64,000 bases of DNA from a virus (IMGVR_UViG_3300028914_000061:64001-128000), one strand, 5' to 3'. Positions 45,595 to 56,292 are shown, counted from the first letter of the stretch. Notes: generated from the sequence alone by a model not told the origin. Numbers and translations are program-made.

Positions 45595-46001
45595 TCGTAT
45601 TTTAATTTAAGGTCAATACTTTGTATATTTTCCCATAGGGTTCCGTATTTGTAATCCAAATAAGTCAAATATTTTTCACGGTCAAATAAACTATATAGGA
45701 AACGGTAATATTCTTCTTGTTTCTTTTTATTCAGGATTGGTTTTTCGAGGCATATTGTACAAATCCACAAGTCAACGAATTTATTGTATGTGTCTGAGTA
45801 TTTCTTTCCTGTTGCAACGTAATAGAAGAATCGTACAGTGACAAGTTCTAAAAGATGTAGTATTAGAACGATTGGTGTAGTTGAGATGGCCAAGACAATG
45901 TGTATGGCAACGAGTAATACATATCCTAACATTGCAAGTAATTTACCGAAGAATTTTAGGATAATGGAAATGATGTTGAGGAATCGTTTAATGTACTTCA
46001 T
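45591..46001 (-). CDS. Membrane protein, YYxxTG family
   Basis: Similar to 59736, 60073, 62423. Confidence 0.75.
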   Translation of the reverse strand: MKYIKRFLNIISIILKFFGKLLAMLGYVLLVAIHIVLAISTTPIVLILHLLELVTVRFFYYVATGKKYSDTYNKFVDLWICTICLEKPILNKKKQEEYYRFLYSLFDREKYLTYLDYKYGTLWENIQSIDLKLKYE

Positions 46002-46302
46002 GGGATTTTCTTTCGTTACGTTCTTTTTCGTTTTGTTCTATATCGGCCAGGGTTTGGTTATACATCCTGAGGGCTTTCCATAGGGCCCAACCGCAAAAGA
46101 TATACAATGGCAATTCAAAGCACAGGAACCACACAAGGTTAAATCCAAGTAGGTAATAGTGCGATACAACGGCCATTGCGATTGCTACCAATGCGATGAC
46201 AAATAGTGTATAGCCACCGCCTGTTTTGAGAAAGTCATTAAAATTTAAATAAAACTTATCTCCGAGTTTCTTTAAAGCATTAATTATTTTCATGGGTTCC
46301 AA
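45988..46302 (-). CDS. Membrane protein
   Basis: Two TM segments. Confidence 0.75.
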   Translation of the reverse strand: MEPMKIINALKKLGDKFYLNFNDFLKTGGGYTLFVIALVAIAMAVVSHYYLLGFNLVWFLCFELPLYIFCGWALWKALRMYNQTLADIEQNEKERNERKSHEVH

Positions 46303-46310
46303 AAATTTTG

Positions 46311-46646
46311 TTATTCAATATACCATTTATCGAAAGAAACGACAATAGGTAGATAATCATTTTCATTATAGCCTACAGCTTCGAATTGGATTCTACCAAA
46401 ATCAACGTTCAGTTCATGGATTGTGTAGTCATAGATATGATTGACTTTACAACAGCCATCGTATTCGTAATCTTCAATTACGTCTTTAATTAGTTCTTTC
46501 CATTCCATGTATTCGTCAGTTTCGCTTCTACTAACAAACATTCCACCAATACCATAATGATGTGGTGGCATTTCATCTGCAAGGATGATGCAGATAAACC
46601 TTGAATCATAGAAACTACTTCCTTCGACTTTATATAATCTTTTCAT
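46311..46646 (-). CDS. Hypothetical protein
   Basis: ORF in operon. Confidence 0.75.
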   Translation of the reverse strand: MKRLYKVEGSSFYDSRFICIILADEMPPHHYGIGGMFVSRSETDEYMEWKELIKDVIEDYEYDGCCKVNHIYDYTIHELNVDFGRIQFEAVGYNENDYLPIVVSFDKWYIE

Positions 46647-46650
46647 GGGT

Positions 46651-46830
46651 TTATAGCATTGTGAAACAAATAGTCATTGAAATTACAAACAAAATTAGTC
46701 CAATGCTAAAACTGATAATAGCAATTGTGTTTTTTGTTTTTGTGTAATTTTTCATATTGGAAAGGTTAAGTCCCCAACCAATAAAGGTGAGTATCCAACC
46801 AATAATGCTTAATGTAAATACGGTTTCCAT
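46651..46830 (-). CDS. Small membrane protein (start revised to METVF)
   Basis: Two TM segments. Confidence 0.65.
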   Translation of the reverse strand: METVFTLSIIGWILTFIGWGLNLSNMKNYTKTKNTIAIISFSIGLILFVISMTICFTML

Positions 46831-46834
46831 GGTT

Positions 46835-47170
46835 TTACTTTTTTTCGATATGGATAAAAATTTGGTCTTCTTCAGTTCTTTCGTCTTTTCTCCATCTGTA
46901 GTCATGGATGGTCCAACCAGCGTTTTCAATTTCGTTCTTCAACTTATTGAATGTTTCTGTGGTAACAAGGTTTTTTGGAATAGTAAGCCAAAGTCTAAAG
47001 ATTGCGTTTGGCATATAGTTGCCAGTGTTTCTTTGTTTCTTATTGAATGGGTCTTTGAAGAATCTTTCTTTTTCTTCTTTCCATTCTTTGATTTCGATTT
47101 CAAGGGCCTCATTGAAAAGGCTTTCAAGTTCATCGTATGATACGAACAGGTGATTAGAATTTGTAATCAT
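46835..47170 (-). CDS. Hypothetical protein
   Basis: ORF in operon. Confidence 0.75.
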   Translation of the reverse strand: MITNSNHLFVSYDELESLFNEALEIEIKEWKEEKERFFKDPFNKKQRNTGNYMPNAIFRLWLTIPKNLVTTETFNKLKNEIENAGWTIHDYRWRKDERTEEDQIFIHIEKK

Positions 47171-47173
47171 GGA

Positions 47174-47608
47174 TTATTTGTTTTTGTAGATTTCGTTTCC
47201 AAAGAACCACTTCATGGTTTTATAGATGAGTTTTTCATCACTACCAATTTTTTCGCTGACATATTCCCACATTTTAGGTAAATTAAGATGGTCAATATGT
47301 TGATATGTTAAATCGGTCCAATTTGAACGTTTCAATAGTTGAGCCATTTCATTGGTCAATTTTTCTCGCTCATCATCAGGTACAAGAATCATCCATGGGC
47401 TTTTAATGTCAAAAATTGACATCTTGGTCGCTTTGTCCATGGAATTATTTGCATCACAATTGAATGGAGTGATAAATCGGCCATTTTCGCTTTTGATAGC
47501 ATAGATACCTTCTTTTCCCTTGTAGGTTTGGGTTTCAAGAGCGTTAAGGGCATCAACAACATTAATGCCGCTTTCCAATAATTTCCAATTTTTAATAGGC
47601 TTTTCCAT
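47174..47608 (-). CDS. Hypothetical protein
   Basis: ORF in operon. Confidence 0.8.
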   Translation of the reverse strand: MEKPIKNWKLLESGINVVDALNALETQTYKGKEGIYAIKSENGRFITPFNCDANNSMDKATKMSIFDIKSPWMILVPDDEREKLTNEMAQLLKRSNWTDLTYQHIDHLNLPKMWEYVSEKIGSDEKLIYKTMKWFFGNEIYKNK

Positions 47609-47619
47609 ATAATTAAAAT

Positions 47620-47982
47620 TTAAATTTCGTCAAAGTTAAAGAATCTGCTATACGTAGAATCATCATAATAGTAAAATCCTGTAAGCTCATACATTTTGTC
47701 TATTTGAGCCTTTGTTGGTCTTGGATAATCATCCTCATATCCGATAATATGCTCACAACTCCATCTGTCAATTGTGGTGGAGAATCTTATCCAACCTCTC
47801 TTCTCAAGAGTTTCTTGGAAGCACTCACTAAATCCACGCTCCTCCCAATCATCAAAATCAATTGGTCTGTTTCCATCCATGGGAAACTCATCTTTCAGAA
47901 TCTCTTGTGCAACTTTTTCGTGCTTGAACTCTTCAACATATGTTATGTTCCCATAAGGGTCCATCCAACAATCTCTTTTCAT
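47620..47982 (-). CDS. Hypothetical protein
   Basis: WMDPYG..H..LEKRGWIR; sigma54-type promoter near 48020. Confidence 0.8.
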   Translation of the reverse strand: MKRDCWMDPYGNITYVEEFKHEKVAQEILKDEFPMDGNRPIDFDDWEERGFSECFQETLEKRGWIRFSTTIDRWSCEHIIGYEDDYPRPTKAQIDKMYELTGFYYYDDSTYSRFFNFDEI

Positions 47983-48038
47983 TTTATTTTTAGAATTTTA
48001 ATTACATTGAACTATTATACAAAAATCATGCCAGACTT

Positions 48039-48470
48039 TTAATCCCTTTCATAAAAATATTCAGTCTTTCCACATTTTGTACAAGTGCATTTATAGTAAC
48101 AAGAGTCAACCCATTCTTTATAGCCCCAATGATGGTCACAATAATTTTGTACTCGTTCATTTGCTTTCTCTTGTTCTTCACATCTGATTTCTTCTCGCAA
48201 CAATTCGGTATCTTTTTCGCACTTTGCTTCAATAAGAATTTCATTGTATTTGTTATATACAAGCATTCTTTTCATAATTTCATTTGTGAAATCCAAATAA
48301 TTGTTTGTTTTTGCACAAATGTTTTCAATAAGCATATTTCTATCAAGCCTATGGTTATAAAACGTTGGAAGCATTCCAAGTAAAACTTCTGCTTGTGTGA
48401 AGTAAGTTTCGTCTTCTTCGTTTTCAAACAATTTTTCTGGATGTGCGAGATAGTATGTGTTTTTATCCAT
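48039..48470 (-). CDS. Hypothetical protein with C-terminal zinc ribbon
   Basis: CDHHW..CTKCG. Confidence 0.8.
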   Translation of the reverse strand: MDKNTYYLAHPEKLFENEEDETYFTQAEVLLGMLPTFYNHRLDRNMLIENICAKTNNYLDFTNEIMKRMLVYNKYNEILIEAKCEKDTELLREEIRCEEQEKANERVQNYCDHHWGYKEWVDSCYYKCTCTKCGKTEYFYERD

Positions 48471-48520
48471 AATTATGATTTTAATGTTGTTTACTGATTA
48501 TATACAAAAATCATGCCAAA

Positions 48521-49018
48521 CTAACTAAGTGGCCATCTTTCATTGTCATTTTCTTTGTTTCCGTCAAAAACAGTTGTTAGATTATTAAAATGTGGTAGTT
48601 CTCTAATGTTCTTAATATGGGTTTCTTTTTCAAGTTCCTCAAAGAATTTTTCTTCGCTTACTTCTTCCATGGATTTATATATGTCATAAAGGTTTGATGT
48701 CTTCATGAATCTATAGTTATTTATGGAATATATTATTTTTTCCCAGTATGAGCAATGTTCGGTTAATTCATGCTCAACATCGTAGAGTTTATATCCATGT
48801 TCAAATTCAAAGTCTTGGATATATTTAGGTCGGCCACAATCAGTAAGAACGTGCTTTACCTTGTACATGAATATTCTATAATCAAAGCCTTTAATGATAA
48901 AGCATTTGTCAATAAACAATACCTTTAAGTCTTCAGGATGCTCTTCAAAATAAGTTTCAACATCCTCTTTTGTTTTCAATAGAGTTTCGTACTCTTCTAT
49001 AACGCTTAAAATATCCAT
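48521..49018 (-). CDS. Hypothetical protein
   Basis: ORF in operon. Confidence 0.8.
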   Translation of the reverse strand: MDILSVIEEYETLLKTKEDVETYFEEHPEDLKVLFIDKCFIIKGFDYRIFMYKVKHVLTDCGRPKYIQDFEFEHGYKLYDVEHELTEHCSYWEKIIYSINNYRFMKTSNLYDIYKSMEEVSEEKFFEELEKETHIKNIRELPHFNNLTTVFDGNKENDNERWPLS

Positions 49019-49021
49019 ATA

Positions 49022-49387
49022 TTATAATTTATACATATCTTTTGGTGCTTCAAGGGCAATTCTTTTTCTAATAAGTCCACGGTAATCAAGATGATGTTCA
49101 TTGTAGAAATCAATTCTTTCCACATCGGTTCCATTACCCATCAATTGGAATAGTTCTTCTTTTTCTGCTTTAGTCATTTTTGACAATGAACGAAGATACG
49201 GTTTTGCTTCCTTCCAAAAATAATGATGCCGACTGCCGCCACCAGTCATAATTACAATTCCTGATGTAAAAACACCTGTAAGTCTTCCTTCATTAATTGC
49301 ATAGCCTTCTTTACCCTTAATAAATGGATGGTATTTTAATCTTGCACAAAGGTCTTTGGATAATAAATCTTCTTCTTCTTTCGTCAT
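49022..49387 (-). CDS. Hypothetical phage protein
   Basis: KDLCARL..KPYLRSLSKMT..DYRGLI..ALEAP. Confidence 0.8.
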   Translation of the reverse strand: MTKEEEDLLSKDLCARLKYHPFIKGKEGYAINEGRLTGVFTSGIVIMTGGGSRHHYFWKEAKPYLRSLSKMTKAEKEELFQLMGNGTDVERIDFYNEHHLDYRGLIRKRIALEAPKDMYKL

Positions 49388-49535
49388 ATTTTGACATTCA
49401 TTAAATACTCACAGTCAATATCAATTGAATAAGTGGATATGAAGTCTTCAACAATATCTTTTGTGGGCTTATTAATTTTGTTTCTTTTACAATAAAGTAT
49501 GAACCAGTTTGCTATACCTTTTTTTTCTTCATTGG

Positions 49536-50387
49536 TCATAGTTCATCTGTATGTTGATAAGTTCTATACATTACGGCATAGTCTTCAGGTCTTATTGAGA
49601 TACCTGTTTTCCATGGGCAAATACTATGGATTTTTCTTTCAGGGATTCCTGCATTTTCGAGGATTAGGTAAATGGCCCAACTTGGGTCATAATCACAATA
49701 CATGTCAATATTGAATCCGTATTTCCAATCGTATTCATTGTTTTTGCTCTTCAATGTTGTTTTGAGCCATTCAATGTCATCCATGTCATATGTTTCTCCA
49801 AAATGGATAAGCCTCTTGTAGTATTCTTGGAATAATTCATGGGCTTTTTGTTTCATTTCATCAGTAATGTCGGCTTTTGCATCATTAGCAAGGATTGTAG
49901 CTAGGGCACAAGCAGGAAATCCACAACCATGGCTTTCATTCAGTGCGCCATTGTCTTGTAAATGCCAACCAAATATAAGTTCACACCATTTGTCAGCTGC
50001 AATTTTAGCAGCCTCTTCAGCAGTATGCGCCCTACCATTTACTTCTACCCAATTTTTGGATAAATTGCAGTCGTAACGGCATTTATACCAAACTCCTGAA
50101 ACATCGCTGTGCCTTCTCCATGCCTTATATTCATCTGTTTCTTTAATAGCATCCCTATCAAGGCTCCAATTAATCTTTTCGTATGTATCTTCTACATACT
50201 CATCAAGAACATCAGACAAATATCTTTCGGCTGCTGTAAGGTTTTCTTTTTTGAAAAATTCATTGATAACCTTTTCAATATCATCATCTGTGATTTCAGG
50301 CACTTCTAGTTTTTCTTCTTCGAGTTTGTTATGAAATTCTTCTGTAAAATCTTCAATAACTTCTTTGATTAATTCTTTTTTATCCAT
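49536..50387 (-). CDS. Hypothetical protein
   Basis: 283 aa; CDYDP and CPWKT motifs. Confidence 0.85.
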   Translation of the reverse strand: MDKKELIKEVIEDFTEEFHNKLEEEKLEVPEITDDDIEKVINEFFKKENLTAAERYLSDVLDEYVEDTYEKINWSLDRDAIKETDEYKAWRRHSDVSGVWYKCRYDCNLSKNWVEVNGRAHTAEEAAKIAADKWCELIFGWHLQDNGALNESHGCGFPACALATILANDAKADITDEMKQKAHELFQEYYKRLIHFGETYDMDDIEWLKTTLKSKNNEYDWKYGFNIDMYCDYDPSWAIYLILENAGIPERKIHSICPWKTGISIRPEDYAVMYRTYQHTDEL

Positions 50388-50404
50388 TGTGTTTAAAATT
50401 TAAA

Positions 50405-50677
50405 TTAATACATTTGATTCAATGTGCATACAATAGACTCATAAATTATTTCCATTGTTTCAAGTGAATATGGAGTGTGCAATCCAACATTTTCTGCTGA
50501 TGTTTTTACATCATCCAAAATGTCTTTCATTTTTTCTTCGGGCCATTTAGCAAGTTCATCCTTGATTTCTTGAGAAAATGTTACGTGTACTGTATAATTA
50601 CAATCACAATACACATCAATATTATCCTTGTTAATCAAGTGTTTAGGTAACATATAATACTTTTCCATATTTGTCAT
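50405..50677 (-). CDS. Hypothetical protein
   Basis: ORF in operon. Confidence 0.75.
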   Translation of the reverse strand: MTNMEKYYMLPKHLINKDNIDVYCDCNYTVHVTFSQEIKDELAKWPEEKMKDILDDVKTSAENVGLHTPYSLETMEIIYESIVCTLNQMY

Positions 50678-50681
50678 GTCA

Positions 50682-51494
50682 TTAATCTTTAAGTAATTGT
50701 TTTTTCAATTCCTCTTTTTGTTCTTTAGACAAAGACTTTAACAGTTTCTTTATGTCAGCCTTTAATGGGTCTGCCGGTTTTCTCTTTCTTGGATAATATT
50801 TTTTCTTTCCGCCATCCCTATATTTACTCCAATTGTTGTACATGTTAATAACTGTACCCCAAAGATGTATTCCTTGTAGTAAAACTATATGGTTTGCACC
50901 ATATTTTCTTTCTGCTTCTTTTATTGGATTGAATCTTTCTTTTTTACAGAACTTTACGTATTCAAATGCAAATTTTTCATCCATATTTTTCACAAGATAT
51001 GGAGTAAATTCAAAATGGTTAGTTCCGTCACCCCTTTCGACTAAGGCAGTTCTTATAATCTTTTTTGCTTCATTTATTTCATACTCAAATCCAACAATTG
51101 TACCAACATACGTGAAAGTAAGACTTGGTGATAAATGTGAATCTTCATAATCACCCCAAAAGGCATCTGCTATTACGGTATCACCAATTGACAACAGTTC
51201 TTTATCGTGGGAAATGAATTCAATAGTTTCTTCATGCTCATTAGGCGTTCCTTCCAAATCTTCTTCAGGTATCCAATTATGAAATTGAATGTACTCATCA
51301 CAATAGGCGTATAAATTGTAAACCACATTTACAATATTGTTTGCTTTAATTGTACATTTACATCTTGAAATTTTATATTCTTTTGGCGTAAATTCACTTT
51401 CAAGTACATACTTACCGTATTGCATGTTTTGATACGATGGTAACTTTTTCAGTAATACCGTATCACCAACATTATATTTAAAATTAACTTTCAT
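50682..51494 (-). CDS. Hypothetical protein with two SH3-like GDTV units
   Basis: KYNVGDTV, SIGDTV. Confidence 0.8.
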   Translation of the reverse strand: MKVNFKYNVGDTVLLKKLPSYQNMQYGKYVLESEFTPKEYKISRCKCTIKANNIVNVVYNLYAYCDEYIQFHNWIPEEDLEGTPNEHEETIEFISHDKELLSIGDTVIADAFWGDYEDSHLSPSLTFTYVGTIVGFEYEINEAKKIIRTALVERGDGTNHFEFTPYLVKNMDEKFAFEYVKFCKKERFNPIKEAERKYGANHIVLLQGIHLWGTVINMYNNWSKYRDGGKKKYYPRKRKPADPLKADIKKLLKSLSKEQKEELKKQLLKD

Positions 51495-51496
51495 AT

Positions 51497-51748
51497 TTAT
51501 TCCTCCGCTATATATAACATTTTACAGGAAACCAACGAATCATCCTCAATAAATGAGAATGCAAGTTTTTCTTTTCCGTCATTTCCTGTAATAACACCAA
51601 CGTCTTTAATGGTATTTTCCCATAGTTGGCTTTTGAATGGTTTTCCAGAAAGTTTCTTACACTTCTTTCCAATATACTGAACCGCATCTTCATGTGATTC
51701 AATATTGAGTTTCAAGCGTAGTTTTTCTGATTTAGTCAGTTTACTCAT
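51497..51748 (-). CDS. Hypothetical protein
   Basis: SGKPFKS motif. Confidence 0.75.
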   Translation of the reverse strand: MSKLTKSEKLRLKLNIESHEDAVQYIGKKCKKLSGKPFKSQLWENTIKDVGVITGNDGKEKLAFSFIEDDSLVSCKMLYIAEE

Positions 51749-51913
51749 GGATTCTAATGGTTTTCTTTGTGTAGTCTAACAATATTAGTTGCAAAGATAA
51801 AAAATGCCACAAAAAAAATAATAGCAGCGACCAATGGGGCTGCTTTTATTACGCACCATCCAACAATCAAAAGAATCCATCCAATGATGGTTAAAATTGT
51901 GGTTTTACTCATA

Positions 51914-52321
51914 TTAAATTAGTTTTTCGAGACAATATTTAATTGAAGTTTCCATTGCTTCTTCGTAAGTTTCGCAAATTGGTATGTCGTAATTATCAAT
52001 TCGGCTTTCACAATCAATGAATAACTTTCCGTCATCAATTTTTGCTCCGCCTATATAAGAAAACCATCCTCTATCAAGGTGTATTGTTGAAATGAACAAA
52101 TTGTGTTTTTCAATAAGCCATGTCATAACTTGATAGAAAGTTGGCACAGAACAAATAAATTTATATTGTGGCTCAAAACGGTTTCTATCATCAAATTGTA
52201 TAACTTCGTATTTTTCACCACCATACATGGAAGTATATTCTGCATACCATGCTTTACATGGGGCATGAAAGCCCTTTTCCTTCAATAATTTTGAAGTTTC
52301 AAAAGAAACAAGGTCACTCAT
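51914..52321 (-). CDS. Hypothetical phage protein
   Basis: VSFETSKLLKEKGF..PT..WL.EKH..TYEEA. Confidence 0.8.
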   Translation of the reverse strand: MSDLVSFETSKLLKEKGFHAPCKAWYAEYTSMYGGEKYEVIQFDDRNRFEPQYKFICSVPTFYQVMTWLIEKHNLFISTIHLDRGWFSYIGGAKIDDGKLFIDCESRIDNYDIPICETYEEAMETSIKYCLEKLI

Positions 52322-52326
52322 GTAAG

Positions 52327-52713
52327 TTAATCTTTAAAATATTTCATGTGTTCTTCAAGTTCTTGCATATAGGCATCCATTTCATTATAGATTGCTCTAT
52401 ATTTTTCATGGCTTTCTGTTTCAGGAAGTTCCAAAAGGCGATAGCCAAATTCCTCAAGTTTTCTACCTGTTTTGGGGAACAATAAGCCTTTTTTGACGAA
52501 CTTTGTAAAGTAGTCATCAATGCCTTCAGCAATGACTTTTGTGTGCAATGTTAATGGATATGCTTCTGTGCCTCCATTATAAGAGCATTCAACATAACCA
52601 TTTGAAAATTTCACATTGCCGTATTCGTTTTTTTCCTCAAGTATTTGAGCAATTTTTCCATCGGTAGTGACAATCCACTCACCTTTTTTAAAAGAATCAA
52701 GTCTTCTGCTCAT
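52327..52713 (-). CDS. Hypothetical protein
   Basis: ORF in operon. Confidence 0.8.
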   Translation of the reverse strand: MSRRLDSFKKGEWIVTTDGKIAQILEEKNEYGNVKFSNGYVECSYNGGTEAYPLTLHTKVIAEGIDDYFTKFVKKGLLFPKTGRKLEEFGYRLLELPETESHEKYRAIYNEMDAYMQELEEHMKYFKD

Positions 52714-52919
52714 TGTTCAATCGGGATTTTAGTTAATGATTCACGGCTTAAAATATAGCCATCTTCCTTAGCATGGCAACCTTTGCCATAGAGCATATTT
52801 GAATAACGGCCTTTTTCAACAAGGTCTTCGTGAGTTGCGAAGAACACATCTTCGGTGAATTCATCACCCTTTTTCACTTTTACCCAAGTGGGCATCTTTA
52901 CTTCTTTGTTGGTTTCCAT
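52710..52919 (-). CDS. Hypothetical protein (start revised to METNK)
   Basis: Coupled ORF. Confidence 0.7.
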   Translation of the reverse strand: METNKEVKMPTWVKVKKGDEFTEDVFFATHEDLVEKGRYSNMLYGKGCHAKEDGYILSRESLTKIPIEQ

Positions 52920-52930
52920 AATTATAATTT

Positions 52931-53221
52931 TTAAATCCAAAGTTTACCAAATTCGTTTTCCCATCCACCGCTATAGATAGATACAGTTTTACCATTTAAT
53001 CCGTATTCTTGGAAAACTATTGTTCCTGTACCTTTAGGGCAGAACCAATCACTGCTTTCCATCAGTGCATCAACAGCTTCTTTGAGTGTTTTGTGGTATG
53101 AAGTTGCACGTGAATGATATTCATCAATAGAATTTTCGATATAAAAGAATCCGTTTTTTGTTTCAAGTTCAGCAATCACATCAATTTTGTGAAGTGCATT
53201 GTAGATTTCTTCTTTTGTCAT
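52931..53221 (-). CDS. Hypothetical protein
   Basis: Promoter cassette. Confidence 0.8.
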   Translation of the reverse strand: MTKEEIYNALHKIDVIAELETKNGFFYIENSIDEYHSRATSYHKTLKEAVDALMESSDWFCPKGTGTIVFQEYGLNGKTVSIYSGGWENEFGKLWI

Positions 53222-53276
53222 AATTCAAATTTTTGAGGTTTACTATGAATATACAAAAATCATGCCAAAAATCCAA

Positions 53277-53621
53277 TTACCAACAAATACTTGTTTGAAA
53301 AGGATGAGGATAAACCTTTGAAATGTTGTTGTCAATCGGGTAATAGTCGCCACAGGCGTATCTTCCGCCCTTGTTGTCCTTGTAGTTGATGATGTAGATG
53401 ACCATCAGATACAGTGGCCAGTTGTTGTCATCAACATACAGTTTGACGTGATGCGGGGCCAATGAATCTTTCTCGTACAGTTCTTCAATGGCCTCTTTAT
53501 GGGATTCCTCGGCCTCTGCCATAATAAGTTTCTTGTCACGTTCAACAACAGGCTCACAATCGTACTTTTTTCCGTTGAACTCAAAAGAGTTTGAGTTGAT
53601 GTTAATTTCTTCAGTTCTCAT
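53277..53621 (-). CDS. Hypothetical protein
   Basis: Promoter cassette. Confidence 0.8.
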   Translation of the reverse strand: MRTEEININSNSFEFNGKKYDCEPVVERDKKLIMAEAEESHKEAIEELYEKDSLAPHHVKLYVDDNNWPLYLMVIYIINYKDNKGGRYACGDYYPIDNNISKVYPHPFQTSICW

Positions 53622-53680
53622 TTAGATTAATTTTAAAGTTACACCGTAATATTATCAAAAACTATGCCAAACTTATTTGG

Positions 53681-53962
53681 TCAGTCAACAATTTCAGGAA
53701 TTTTGTTCAAACTTGAAATATCAACAGAGAAAATGTTTCCGTTGTTTCCAACTTCGACACAATGAAGAACGACATATCTGTCTTTCTCCGTCATTTCGGG
53801 CCTATACTTAACGACCAAAATACCGCCGTTTTCCTCCCAATCATCATAAAAATGTTCAGGCTGTTTGATATATGTAAGGATATTATCCTTTGAATGGGAA
53901 TATTCGTAAACCCCAAAATAATTGAACTTTAGTTTCTTTGCGATATTATCCATATAATTCAA
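53681..53962 (-). CDS. Hypothetical protein
   Basis: ORF in operon. Confidence 0.75.
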   Translation of the reverse strand: MNYMDNIAKKLKFNYFGVYEYSHSKDNILTYIKQPEHFYDDWEENGGILVVKYRPEMTEKDRYVVLHCVEVGNNGNIFSVDISSLNKIPEIVD

Positions 53963-53965
53963 ATT

Positions 53966-54436
53966 TTAGTCCTGATGCTTTCCTACAAAATATATTTGTG
54001 AAGAGGCATATGTTTTTTGCTTTATAACATTGGCATTGCCCCCAAGAACAACGCATTCACCCTCCACATATTCAGCGCCAGCTGGGATGATACAATCAAA
54101 AATCTCAAATCCCCTGTTTTTAAGGACTTTCAAATTTTTGTCTGAAGGGAATGTATGGATAAAACCATTGTCATAGATATACAATTTGTCCGCATCTTTA
54201 TCAACACAATCATACATAAGGCTATCCCAAAATGATTTCCTGCCCAAAAGATTCCCTTTAAAATGGAATCCATCGCAAGAAGCAACAAGTGGCATTTCGC
54301 CACTCATTATGTTCTTTTTAAGGTAATGGTGCGTAAAGGGTGTACGATAGCCCTTTGCTTTCTTTTGCATGATTTTAAGAACGTGAATATCGGTCTCAGC
54401 GGTTTTTGTCTTTTTTTCTTTTGAAATGCAACACAT
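53966..54436 (-). CDS. MCL/CYK/IPKGT family paralog 5
   Basis: MCC..TPF..GFIHT..CIIPAG..TYAS. Confidence 0.85.
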   Translation of the reverse strand: MCCISKEKKTKTAETDIHVLKIMQKKAKGYRTPFTHHYLKKNIMSGEMPLVASCDGFHFKGNLLGRKSFWDSLMYDCVDKDADKLYIYDNGFIHTFPSDKNLKVLKNRGFEIFDCIIPAGAEYVEGECVVLGGNANVIKQKTYASSQIYFVGKHQD

Positions 54437-54489
54437 AATTTTAATTTTTAAAGTTATGCCTTACACTTATCAAAAACCGTGCCAAACTT

Positions 54490-54684
54490 TTAGATGCGGG
54501 TATCAAAAGTCCAACATTCACATTTTTCTTTCAAATTGTTGAAGTCTTCATCGTCATCTTCCCAAGTATGTCTGTCAATGAAGCATACGTTTGGCATTGG
54601 TTTTGGGTACTTCGTGGAGAAATACCAATGTCTGCAAGTTTTGCAGTATATACAGGTTTTCGGCTTATTTTCCATATTAATCAA
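54490..54684 (-). CDS. Small Cys-rich protein
   Basis: CIYCKTC. Confidence 0.65.
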   Translation of the reverse strand: MINMENKPKTCIYCKTCRHWYFSTKYPKPMPNVCFIDRHTWEDDDEDFNNLKEKCECWTFDTRI

Positions 54685-55060
54685 GTTCAGGACTATACAT
54701 TAGTCCATCTTTTTCAGGACCATTATTTTCTTTTACAAACTCTTCAAGTTTAGCATAATACTCTCTACCTTTTTCATCTGATTCTTCAAAGGCATCGAAG
54801 CAATCCATTATTTGTCTCATGGAAAAATTGGGTTCAACTCTTCCCCCTGAGTTTATTTTTGATATTTCAAAACAAATGTTTGCAACTTTGTAGATGAAAT
54901 CTTTCATCTGTTCGCTTGGGTTGTCTTTATTCATAAGTTTTTTAAGCATTTTTTCAAATTCGTCATAAACTTCCCATGCACGTTCAAGGTGTCCGCTTCT
55001 TATTTCCTCGAATACTGAATTAAGGATAAGTTGAATTTCTTTTTTTTCTTCTTTATTCAT
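54677..55060 (-). CDS. Hypothetical protein
   Basis: ORF in operon. Confidence 0.75.
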   Translation of the reverse strand: MNKEEKKEIQLILNSVFEEIRSGHLERAWEVYDEFEKMLKKLMNKDNPSEQMKDFIYKVANICFEISKINSGGRVEPNFSMRQIMDCFDAFEESDEKGREYYAKLEEFVKENNGPEKDGLMYSPELD

Positions 55061-55230
55061 ATATCTAAATTTTAAAACCAATCACAACTAAAATGCCAAT
55101 CAAGCAATTTTTTTTCTTCTTGAGATAATTTGTCATAGCATTCTTTGCAGTAAGATTCTGAATCACGGCACATGTTTCCATATACATGGCCAGCTATTTC
55201 TTTACCGCATTTTATACACTTTGCCATTTA

Positions 55231-55881
55231 TCAATCCTCATAAATTATTGGAAGTGAGTCTAATACATTTTGTAATTGGTATTCGTAAATACCTCTTCTT
55301 ATTGTTTCTCCTGTTTTTGGATTCTTGATTAGATACCGTACATAATTGTCAGAATCGCCATCACGGTCATCTTCTACTATGTATTCCAATTTCTTTTTCT
55401 TGGCATCGTCAAGTGTATATCCCTTATTGAGACGTTCTTTAAGTCGTGCAAGTTTGCGTTCTTTTTCATTTTGGAATCTATCCCATCCAAAGAACACTGC
55501 CATTTGTTCCATTAAAATCCACACATCAGCAAGTTCTGTAATGACTTCATCCTCATTTACACGTCCACGGTCATATTTACCAATAGCGTTAAGCATCTCT
55601 CCTGTCTCTTCCATTACCATCATTATTTGTGGTCCAATCCCCCAATCGTGTAGAGCCTTTTTATATAACTCTATTCTTTTTTTTGCCGCCATTCCGCATA
55701 AATCGTGTTCACGGATTGCTTCTTCGTGGTCATCAATGGCATCCATATAGCCATTTTTATAGCCTTCCCTTTTGTCATTGTTTTGGTCAATGTAATCACA
55801 TCCAAAGTAATACAAATCTTCAGGAAAAGCCTTTAATGCCTTTTCTTCCAAATAATCTTTACTTATTCCTATTAATCCCAT
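55231..55881 (-). CDS. MazG-like NTP pyrophosphohydrolase domain protein
   Basis: MEETGEM..ELADV. Confidence 0.8.
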   Translation of the reverse strand: MGLIGISKDYLEEKALKAFPEDLYYFGCDYIDQNNDKREGYKNGYMDAIDDHEEAIREHDLCGMAAKKRIELYKKALHDWGIGPQIMMVMEETGEMLNAIGKYDRGRVNEDEVITELADVWILMEQMAVFFGWDRFQNEKERKLARLKERLNKGYTLDDAKKKKLEYIVEDDRDGDSDNYVRYLIKNPKTGETIRRGIYEYQLQNVLDSLPIIYED

Positions 55882-55892
55882 GGTAAATCAGA

Positions 55893-56144
55893 TTATTCTT
55901 CATTATCTTTTTCAAACTTTTTCGGTACAATATCACCCTCAATTACACCTGCAACAATAGCAATTATAAGAATCAATGTTCCAAGCATTCCAAGGCCTGG
56001 CACTGCGCAAATTGCCATTGCAAGAATAGCATAAGGAATCGGAATCTTTTCCTCATATTCCAACTCAAACAAGCCTAATGTAAGCAATACAAAAAAGAAT
56101 GCTATACCAAGGCAAATAAAATAAATTAACCAAAATGTACTCAT
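55893..56144 (-). CDS. Membrane protein
   Basis: Two or three TM segments. Confidence 0.75.
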   Translation of the reverse strand: MSTFWLIYFICLGIAFFFVLLTLGLFELEYEEKIPIPYAILAMAICAVPGLGMLGTLILIIAIVAGVIEGDIVPKKFEKDNEE

Positions 56145-56292
56145 AATATTTAAAAATTTTAATTGTTATAATCTGTTTTCTTTTTCTTTCCAATGTTCAC
56201 AATCTTCATCTCCCCATTGTTCTTCTTTATCCAAAATTCTTCCATGATAAAAACAATGTGATGGAAGCCATGGATTTTGCCATGCACAAAAA